Positions 29,601 to 36,087 of a stretch of DNA of 64,000 nucleotides are shown in pieces; position 1 is the stretch's first letter; each line of letters starts with the position of its first letter. This DNA comes from a virus. A program made the position numbers and the translations under genes. The stretch lies in IMG/VR virus record IMGVR_UViG_3300002835_000148. The stretch is one strand, 5' to 3'. The notes under the pieces are model-generated. The model had not been told where the DNA came from, did not search any database, and was given only the letters and a program-made list of their open reading frames with translations.

Positions 29601-31589
29601 GATTCTAAAACAGCCAAGCAGTATCGGGAGTACCCTAACTACATACCTCTGTACAAGGTGCAAGACTTTGAAGAGGCTATGATTGACCCTAAAAAGCACC
29701 TGCAACTCATCATCAGCAAAATGGGTAGAGGTGCAAACAAACTGCCTGAGATAAAGCGGCAGAAAGCTCACTTCCATGAGGTTATGGTAGAGAGTAACAT
29801 TCTCAAGCACATCGCACTGTGCACCATGACAGCAGCTAAGAACAATCTCAACAAAGCCGCAGCACTACAGATGGAACTCGTGGGTGCAGCAGAGCCTAGC
29901 AGATTAGGTAAAGACGATCCTGATGCTGTGCAATTCCGTGACAAGGGTGAGGTTAAATACTACACCATCAAAGATAAGCAGGCGTTGTTCGCTTTGCAAG
30001 CCGCGCAGCCTCTAATCAATCCTATCTTCAAACAGCTTAAGAAAGTATCAGGCGTCGTGCGCGGCGCTATGGTTATGAACCCGCTGTTCTGGTATCGGCA
30101 GTTGGTGCGTGAGCCACTGACCGCTAGCCTTGTTGGTAGAACAGGGTTGGTGACGCCTTTTGATACTCTTGCTGAAATAACCAAGATAGCCGCAGGTAAG
30201 TCCAAGCGGTATGAAGACCTGAAGCGCAGAGGCATAGTCGCAGCACAGGACGTTATCACTGACCCTATAGAGTTCATCAAATATGTCGAGAAAGGCAAAG
30301 GCTGGACAACCAAGGGCATCGAGCGGATTAAGGAAATACATGAAGCGGTGGACGGTGCTACTAGAGCGGTGGTTGCTGAACGCGCATATCAAGATGCTAT
30401 CAGTAAAGGTCTCAGCGAAGAGGATGCGAATAATCTGGCGGCGATAAAAGCACGGGAGATTATCAACTTCTCCAAGCAGGGTAGATCACAGAATGTTCGG
30501 GTCATGAGGGCCACTACGCCTTTCTTCGGCGCTGCGCTAAACGGTTTGGATGTACTGATGAAAGCCGCCATGCCTAGAAAATACGGGCGGTTGAGCAAAG
30601 CTGAAGCAATGGAAGCTAGACGTATGTTCTACTCTCGTGCGTCTATGATAGCGCTGTACACCGCAGCTTACACTATGGCAAGTTCAGATGATGAAGATTA
30701 TCTGAGCACTGTAGACCGCGCTGGTAATTGGCTGGTGCCGATAGGTAATAAGGACAACCCCTTTACCAAAATATCTATCCCCTACGAATTGGGCTTCTTC
30801 ATTAAGACGCTGCCTGAGCTTATTACGCTCCTGAACATGGGGGCTATCTCTACTAAAAAGGCCGTAACAGAAGCGGGCAAAGCAGCTTGGGAAACGGTGG
30901 TTCCCCCTATGCCGACTATCTATGCAATCAAACCCTTGGTAGAAGCCTTTATAAACTTTGACTTCCATACGCAAAGCCCCATAGAAACAGGCTCCGATTC
31001 CAGAGGAATGATACACCTCAGAAATAAGAAGGCGGGTGAGCTAACCAAAGCGGTTGCAAGCAAGCTGCACGATGCAGGGATAGACCTAGAAACTCTGTCT
31101 CCTGATCGTATGGAGCACATAATGGAGGGCTTCTTTGGGCAGATATGGGGTGTGACTCGCGCCGTGTCAGACTATTTTATGTACGATGGCCCTGAGAAAC
31201 CTGAGAAGATTCTTTCAGATTTACCCCTGATCGGCGGTGCATTTACCAAAGGCGCTAGGGATGCTGCGGTGAATGACTTCTACACGGTTTATAACAATGT
31301 TCGAGACCTTGCTGAGAGTGTGTCCAAGTTGGAAAAGGGCGGTGACGTAGATACCCTAGAGAAGCTGCGCGAAGACAAAAACTACGCAAAGTACATGAGA
31401 GCTAACACCCCGCTAGGCGACAAGATGCAGGCTATGGATAATAAAATGCAGATCATAACGCGCATCGAGAAAGACCCTACGATAGACGCTGCGGAAAAGA
31501 AACGCAGGATAGACATTCAGAACGAACAGCGCAATACGCTCGCCAAGCAAGGACTGGATATTGCTAGAAAGCTAGGTCTGGAGTTTTAG
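23694..31589 (+). CDS. giant polyvalent virion protein with N-terminal lysozyme-like domain
   Basis: Single 2631-aa ORF. About 23900..24300 encodes NFAQESSG..GLGIAQW..YYERP (phage tail-lysozyme type). HEVTH at 27126..27140 and HEIQH at 28059..28073 are zincin-like motifs. Confidence 0.75.
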   Translation: MDKYAGLASLFDPSVGSGDAALDELIGIRPYTAKEREEDKRRELADIEAYMGGEARPMQGDGEQNLAYARRYLEAKGFPAHIAAGAVGNFAQESSGISGGSLNKEGGLGIAQWRKERLYGGGGYEGLIPFAKRQGRSPQDLTTQLDYFVSELQGPERAALEKAMQTRTPEQAAVILGRYYERPNEQYANYENRAAQARRFAAIPDEQIQNAPSGMYLDVTGGRPFQQRQGQSPQYSQLETTPMQLSTGQTINVEKGMTHAEVAAMLKKEGIEGVPLRQFQAPNGQTVNAEYDMSDDEVLGMLRKEAPEYATPQGAPTPNKSSYGAAAKESLLTSGAGIFTGLGGETKELGKAVADTELLGQYAKPIGEAITGAGESMRGYGEELGHRAEGVFEMPKDASWFEKTVGYPIVQTGAGIVPYAAAYAIPGVGPATGTAALYGGAMGGLEERAKETGKEFVPSEARPYAVGETALDYVGGRLLGPLKKLFSDDVVLGARETIIKAVEKGGIEEAKKLVGSRLGNIAKQVGITDAAFTSSEVAENVIERAYAGQPLFDDSALQEYADTAKQVAGFGGVAGVAQGLGRHHIKATEVARIEEQKATEEALAAQKAAQLAQQTALEEQAVAKAEKRKERQPIEIPEELQGMPYKDAVRYMQMQEAKAQPPVEEVPEPTVQEKPYYEQLGLKARKNTLVMKGLKQLNPDDPSHGPTINAFLDEIEAKNMPRDQQAIDALRTKLNEVQQNAQQVSETGPTDGSGGAQPSVLEEGGDQTISGEGMEPSRQGEQDVEVDDEEPTEKVKAVAEEVPTGMVNPREFMHYKDVTKRTAELTQAAEQLAAGEITKEDYAALVNKYKPVTAYRSIPKPASLEEMYNALSKDKVDKIGEASGTLEEGENIGLRLDIPAYRDHGAWVVTVHTPRRGGFAGKPIGYESVAGATDVSFGITEKAALNIAKGSGKATIATMEGKWKPVSPEEAATLGKQYLNDPEWIQVGMDPERHSYFYDRANMEPVTHAEEVLQIGGLVFAKNPTYAPASKFLFSGRGKNPDKGVLSLPIQEFESATDAKDLLNRYVKIATDSRLHDLAKTYLTSPHIAAAKVTFFKQGDKIPRNVKNAFDAAKAGAVTVVGEDGAHLYFKADDPNVFREDNVIHEVTHALTEAALVRNPSARAELTGLSDKISRVLHSNNPKYGKFWDDIIGKDPSETLAYSLTLPSFRQVLSKYDEDGHRLKAKPAAFKGQAPVRTLWQKFVDTLTRLFGLPSKQKQAYDTALNEYLDRKAEYEKQVADYNAQRPMQAKLDSILQELLKTTAAEGVAMPSDTAVKAVYAGKSAVGADLGKLEEAEKRTTAGESAQKVRKDTGWFKGTEGEWRFEIPDDKAEWATDWEKISEASVRGKGLRLEDVLDAPELFAAYPELKGVKFTKRPALFDFYDESLGWFDPATNTLNVTPNNLSADAALGTALHEIQHWVQTKEGFARGGNSNSVRLSNIDSLNKLAKYWARSAPSNYDALNALAMEEQGVPFSKVKSRYNREDMVASVFYAKPYDELTEAQQQTVRNSASAKALQREFLAYEREKTAPIEELKENAGKNAALYERVNNAETTVKLLKEYIADKKREFKGAYDTSVKARQYDLAGKIESTHKAEIEKLETSLDEKKAELIEATDALNDFTSQFADIQHALYKLLAGEREARDVAGRRKLTAEQRRESAPYTAEDIREDEAIIVTGAGADAARVMSRQTPRGQRGLAGKLKDKDFGEKLSEAARDVLTSGRHTSLRSEWLDQSEALGKVTENLPTMVGKKARVDFLASHFAQVGNVIADSIHNGFVKDVGDGSVMTIKDHSLAPEKIFRRVAETGKKELFNEMLVALRGRSIREADIKTKALADDLLTKADELDDYASTLQDKKKRASFTRSAQNLRTLAEKKLEGINYDRGRTEVSEEDIRKAEELERAEPELAREAQNVYDLLRKSVDLLEDSGLIDSKTAKQYREYPNYIPLYKVQDFEEAMIDPKKHLQLIISKMGRGANKLPEIKRQKAHFHEVMVESNILKHIALCTMTAAKNNLNKAAALQMELVGAAEPSRLGKDDPDAVQFRDKGEVKYYTIKDKQALFALQAAQPLINPIFKQLKKVSGVVRGAMVMNPLFWYRQLVREPLTASLVGRTGLVTPFDTLAEITKIAAGKSKRYEDLKRRGIVAAQDVITDPIEFIKYVEKGKGWTTKGIERIKEIHEAVDGATRAVVAERAYQDAISKGLSEEDANNLAAIKAREIINFSKQGRSQNVRVMRATTPFFGAALNGLDVLMKAAMPRKYGRLSKAEAMEARRMFYSRASMIALYTAAYTMASSDDEDYLSTVDRAGNWLVPIGNKDNPFTKISIPYELGFFIKTLPELITLLNMGAISTKKAVTEAGKAAWETVVPPMPTIYAIKPLVEAFINFDFHTQSPIETGSDSRGMIHLRNKKAGELTKAVASKLHDAGIDLETLSPDRMEHIMEGFFGQIWGVTRAVSDYFMYDGPEKPEKILSDLPLIGGAFTKGARDAAVNDFYTVYNNVRDLAESVSKLEKGGDVDTLEKLREDKNYAKYMRANTPLGDKMQAMDNKMQIITRIEKDPTIDAAEKKRRIDIQNEQRNTLAKQGLDIARKLGLEF

Positions 31590-31597
31590 GCAAAAAG

Positions 31598-31624
31598 AAG
31601 CCACCTATGGAGGGAAGGTGGCTT
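31598..31624 (-). terminator. rho-independent terminator between convergent arms
   Basis: AAGCCACCT / AGGTGGCTT 9-bp stem. On the minus strand it is followed by CTTTTT. Confidence 0.6.
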
Positions 31625-31665
31625 AAGGGTAGGTATAGGAACGAGAGAACAAAACGAAATGCAAT

Positions 31666-31684
31666 GGAGGGATACTACCCCTCC
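31666..31684 (-). terminator. second hairpin downstream of primase gene
   Basis: GGAGGG / CCCTCC stem. The minus strand then reads ATTGCATTTCGTTTTG. Weaker than the first. Confidence 0.35.
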
Positions 31685-31701
31685 TCAATGCGGTTGTCAA
31701 G

Positions 31702-34635
31702 CTATAATATGATGCTTAGCAGTCTGGTGTTAAAGCGGTAGACCCTCACGGGTGCTGTGGAGTATACCTTGGTGTCGAAGCCTATATTCAGCATCTGCTC
31801 TGTCTCCAGTGCATTAGACGCCCTCAATGCTTCCACTAGCTGAGTTGTCGGTAGGCGCTTCTCACTCATCCATGCCTCGAAGTCAGCGATAGTCAGATAT
31901 AGCCTTTCTTTTGACACTTCGTAGCGCCCCTTCAACGAGCCTATCACGGGCTTGAAAGTAGACTGCCTCATCAGTATATCATCAACTTCTGATGCCCCTG
32001 CGCTTACGACAAGAATATGCTGGTGCTTTTCATTCCAGTAACGGCTTATTATTTCTTCGTATTTATTATCCTCGTTGACGATAGATGACTTACGAATGGT
32101 AGCACGGGTGGTTGTCACTAAGCCTAGCGCCCACTCCCATATAGGCTCTATAGGCACCTTGATTAGACCCAAGCGATTAGCGATTTCCGCCCCCGTGAAC
32201 GCCGCCGCAAAACAGGCAGAGTAGAAACGGTCTTTGCTCTTCAGCCCTGCTTCCTTATCGAACTTGTCGTGTATCTCTTTCATGCGTTCAATCACGTTGT
32301 CCAGATTAGGCACAACATACTTCATGAACTCTTCGCCTGCTATGCCGTAATGTCTAGGCAAGGTATAACTGAATAGGTCATCTGCTTCCTGTTTTGTCAA
32401 GCTCTTGTCCAACGGCACAGGGATTTCAAGGATACGATACATCTCACCTTCTACAGATGCCTTGTGTTGTTTAAGCACATCGTACAGGCTGTTGTTGCCT
32501 GAAGTCTGGAATATCGTAGCCCATGTTGTCTCGTTGACTCGCTCCTCATTTGCATTACTAGCCATGCGATTTCTGCCACGGCCAGAGGACAAGTCAAACG
32601 CCAGCCTGCTCACGGCTTCAGGTGCCATATTGGTCAGCTCGTCTATGCAGACAGGGATATTGTTCAACACACCTGCTCTATGCAGCTTGGCATTGTTGGT
32701 GTCGTTGTCTGTCAGCATACCCTCTACAGGATTACCCCATACGCTTGTTGCTACCTTCTGTGCGGTGGATTTACCCACGCCAGAAGCTACGTTAGTCAGG
32801 TGCAACAACATGCTGCCTTCGCCAATAAACTTGTAGAGGGGCGCACCGAAACTTGCAAACAGACTGAAGCCTCGCGCCTCATTTCCCGGCATAGCATAGG
32901 TATTGGCTACTTTCTGCCACATCGCTAACTCACCCTGCTTGGAGTAAATCTTAGCTACGTTCTCTACATTCTTTGCAATAGGGCAGAATTTGATATTGCC
33001 GGTGCGATCTATTTCTCTAGTGCCTATTACAAAGCTCTGCCCGTTATCATGCCAGCCAAACTGCATCCTTGATCTTTCCGCCGCGCTGTCCTTTTGCAGC
33101 TTGTGAACCCATGCCGCTAAGTATTTTCTTAGTAGCTCTAGGCGCTTAGGATTCGCTGCGGCGCTGACACCCTTCTTGGATAGTAACTCTTGCAGCTTGT
33201 CTGTCTTGAATACAACGGTCAGGGGTGCAGTAAACTCAGCGATACCATCATTAGGCAGTCGCCTAGCAATTACAATGTATTCCTCCTGCCCGTCACACAT
33301 CCTGCTCTTAACCCACAAGTCATGCTCATACACCATAACTTCATCAGGGTCAGCGTCAGGGTCTTCTGAAGGTGCTGCATCCTCTGGGCTTCCTCTAAAT
33401 GCCACACCACCTGTCTTGGGTCTTAGCCAAGGAAAAGGGTAGTCACTAGGTATTTCTACTGTAACTGTTTCGCCAAGGCTCTCGTGCTTATCCTCGAAAA
33501 CATTGTCTTCAGGTGTAGCTTCTTCAATCATTACACCTAACAGCAGAGGAGTGCTGATCTTGCCTCTATGGATACACTGCCCACAAAGCTGCGGCTGGTC
33601 TAATTCTTTCCACTTCTCGCATAAGCGTGGCCCCACTTTGCGCTCAGCCTTCGCATAGGCTTCGGCAAATACATAGTCGGGGTGGTCTCTCGACACCATG
33701 TCGATAGCTTCGTTTTTATCTATGCAGTGCCATGCAATAGATAGAGCGGCATCCCACATAGGCTCTTCTAGTGATGCTCTATTGGCAACGCAGTAGGCGA
33801 TCTGCGGGCACCCTGCGCTTTTCTGAATCTTCTTGTTGACGAGGCGGATTGCTTTCTTGCCGTCCTCTTGTAGATACTCTTCCTCTACCTGTTCCGTAAC
33901 CTCAATAGTCTCAATGCTTTTCTTGTATATGCGGCTGAATTTGTACTTCGTGCTGTTCTTCAGCAGTGCATCCATCACAGGGTCAGCGTTATTGGCTGAG
34001 TATGATCCCCGCGCTATGTAGCCTATCTTGGATGCAAAGTCCTCTAAGGAAATAGCAGCGCAAGTTTTCTTTAACGTGACTAACTTGTGAGCATTGTTGC
34101 GCTTTTTGTTCGTAGTCCCCGGTATGCGAAGGATTCGCGCACCGTCTGCTGTAACTACATTGTCTGCTTTTAGTCCCTTCTCAATCGTCTTTCTTTTCAG
34201 AGCATCAGCTACGGGCTTCCATGCGTTATAGTCTACCGATTCGTCCAAGGGCCAGTAGGTGTGAACTCCGAATCCTGAATCTACTAGTGTCGGTATGGGC
34301 AGTCCGACCTCTTTGCAGAACGCTGTCAGTGCTAGTATTGCTGTCTTTTGGTCTGGGTAGCTCTTGTCTTTCCCGCAATCTAAGTCTAAATAAAATGTTT
34401 TAAGACTATGGACATTACGAACATCCTTAGCCTTAGATGAATCAACGTAACTTGCACACCCGAAATAAACTTCGCGCCCTGCCTCATCAAGCGACCTGAT
34501 GCACTCATCTGCCTCCTCACTCCCCATGTTGAAATACTTAACAACAGGAGGTGCAGACCTATCACTCATCAACCCTACGATGCAAAGCAAGCCGTTTTCG
34601 GGCAACACAACATCTAATAATTCTTGTCCTATCAT
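31702..34635 (-). CDS. primase-polymerase (AEP) fused to D5/SF3-type helicase
   Basis: 977 aa. AEP motifs YLDLDCG and SGFGVHTYWPL. P-loop ASGVGKST and CIDELT in the C-terminal half. Confidence 0.75.
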   Translation of the reverse strand: MIGQELLDVVLPENGLLCIVGLMSDRSAPPVVKYFNMGSEEADECIRSLDEAGREVYFGCASYVDSSKAKDVRNVHSLKTFYLDLDCGKDKSYPDQKTAILALTAFCKEVGLPIPTLVDSGFGVHTYWPLDESVDYNAWKPVADALKRKTIEKGLKADNVVTADGARILRIPGTTNKKRNNAHKLVTLKKTCAAISLEDFASKIGYIARGSYSANNADPVMDALLKNSTKYKFSRIYKKSIETIEVTEQVEEEYLQEDGKKAIRLVNKKIQKSAGCPQIAYCVANRASLEEPMWDAALSIAWHCIDKNEAIDMVSRDHPDYVFAEAYAKAERKVGPRLCEKWKELDQPQLCGQCIHRGKISTPLLLGVMIEEATPEDNVFEDKHESLGETVTVEIPSDYPFPWLRPKTGGVAFRGSPEDAAPSEDPDADPDEVMVYEHDLWVKSRMCDGQEEYIVIARRLPNDGIAEFTAPLTVVFKTDKLQELLSKKGVSAAANPKRLELLRKYLAAWVHKLQKDSAAERSRMQFGWHDNGQSFVIGTREIDRTGNIKFCPIAKNVENVAKIYSKQGELAMWQKVANTYAMPGNEARGFSLFASFGAPLYKFIGEGSMLLHLTNVASGVGKSTAQKVATSVWGNPVEGMLTDNDTNNAKLHRAGVLNNIPVCIDELTNMAPEAVSRLAFDLSSGRGRNRMASNANEERVNETTWATIFQTSGNNSLYDVLKQHKASVEGEMYRILEIPVPLDKSLTKQEADDLFSYTLPRHYGIAGEEFMKYVVPNLDNVIERMKEIHDKFDKEAGLKSKDRFYSACFAAAFTGAEIANRLGLIKVPIEPIWEWALGLVTTTRATIRKSSIVNEDNKYEEIISRYWNEKHQHILVVSAGASEVDDILMRQSTFKPVIGSLKGRYEVSKERLYLTIADFEAWMSEKRLPTTQLVEALRASNALETEQMLNIGFDTKVYSTAPVRVYRFNTRLLSIIL

Positions 34636-34703
34636 GGTGTCCCTGCTTGCATGTGGAAAGGGCGGCGATTATACGCCGCCCCAAAGGATAAAGGAACTAA
34701 CCC

Positions 34704-35579
34704 TTAATCGTCGGTAGCCCAGTCATCCAGTGTGTCTTCTATGGACTCCTCTTTAGCAGGGACTGGCTTGCTCTTGTTGCTACGCACCACAGGCTCGGCC
34801 TCTTCACGGAATGGCGTCGGCGCTACTGCCACATCTTTTCTTGCACTTGCATCAAGAGTGCCCGGATTGAACACGATAGCTGCTTCTGCTTCAGGGCTAG
34901 CACCCTTCTCTGCTGCTATGGTTAACTCGTCGCCCTTGAGCCTACGCACCGCACGGAAATACAGGCGGGGTGTATCTGAGTGTTCATCGAAGCGCATTTC
35001 AGTCACAACCCGCGTGATTGAATAGTTGTACGCTGCGAGGTGCTTAACATAAGCGTCCAAGCCCATGTGGTCTTCATCGGGAGCTTTGCCAAACAGTGAA
35101 GTAGGTGCAAGCTGCATCTGATACACGTCACTGTTCTCTATGTTGTTGCCCAGCAGAACTGCCAACCTGCGAGAGTATTTGCAAGCGCGGCTCTTGCCAT
35201 TAGAACCTGACCCCGATTTGTTCATGGGGCAAGTCTCACAGGTTTTGCCCTGCGGTGCCGCTGACCTTGCGTCAGGCTTTATGCCATCATTCGACCAGCA
35301 GTCAGGTACGGAAATAGCATTGGGGTCATACAGCTTCGCGTAATAGGCTCGGCTAACATGAGGTGCGGCATTGACGATAACTACATCCATCTTGGAGTCA
35401 GGGCTACGCGCCGCTTCCTGCCCATTAACGATCATGCGGAATTTGCCACCCTTTATAGAAATGCGCTTGTAGTTCGCATTGCCCAGCAGTCGTTTAGTAA
35501 TCTCATCAAGACCTGTGCTGTCAGCTTTGTTGATAACAAGGTCAGTCTCATCGCGGAATAAAGTTACATTAGTAGCCAT
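34704..35579 (-). CDS. putative ssDNA-binding protein
   Basis: 291 aa. Acidic C-terminal tail EESIEDTLDDWATDD. Sits between primase and helicase genes. Tentative. Confidence 0.4.
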   Translation of the reverse strand: MATNVTLFRDETDLVINKADSTGLDEITKRLLGNANYKRISIKGGKFRMIVNGQEAARSPDSKMDVVIVNAAPHVSRAYYAKLYDPNAISVPDCWSNDGIKPDARSAAPQGKTCETCPMNKSGSGSNGKSRACKYSRRLAVLLGNNIENSDVYQMQLAPTSLFGKAPDEDHMGLDAYVKHLAAYNYSITRVVTEMRFDEHSDTPRLYFRAVRRLKGDELTIAAEKGASPEAEAAIVFNPGTLDASARKDVAVAPTPFREEAEPVVRSNKSKPVPAKEESIEDTLDDWATDD

Positions 35580-35599
35580 TGTGTTTTCCTATTTACGTA

Positions 35600-36016
35600 T
35601 TAAATTTTCTTGGTAGGGCGGCGAACCATGACAGTGTAGGCACTGTCAACATTCATTCCAGCGGGGTGTGCCTCTGGATGCTCTTCCAAGAACTCTTTCA
35701 TTGCAGAACCGCAAATGCGCTTTTCGAGTAGGTACGGTGCGTTATACTTGATGATTACACCGTGTAGTGAACCCCAGTCGTTTGTCCAATAGCGCGTAGT
35801 GGTTGTGCGAATAATCGTCCCGTGCGGTGTGCGTATGCTAGACGCCCCCTGTGTGTTGCACAGAACATTCATCTGGGCGCGTATGTCCTCCATTCTATCC
35901 TTCAATACGGCTTGTTCTTTTTTATGCTTGTCTTCGAGAATCTCCAGTTCTGTTTTTAGTTCTATGTATTCTTTCGCCAAAAGGCTAGCGTCTACAATTT
36001 GCGCTTCATTTTCCAT
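35600..36016 (-). CDS. hypothetical protein
   Basis: 138 aa. Coiled-coil-like N-terminus. Confidence 0.55.
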   Translation of the reverse strand: MENEAQIVDASLLAKEYIELKTELEILEDKHKKEQAVLKDRMEDIRAQMNVLCNTQGASSIRTPHGTIIRTTTTRYWTNDWGSLHGVIIKYNAPYLLEKRICGSAMKEFLEEHPEAHPAGMNVDSAYTVMVRRPTKKI

Positions 36017-36087
36017 GTTAACCTCTGTTGTCTAGTTCCCACCGAATACCTTCGGTGTGCGGGTATTATACTGTTTTTACTATGTTT

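Noticed and set aside
31672-31700. TTGACA-17-TAGTAT promoter-like match on the minus strand just after the primase stop
   Set aside because: It overlaps a terminator hairpin and would only produce RNA antisense to the 3' end of the giant gene. It is probably a chance match. It could be revisited if antisense transcripts are seen.
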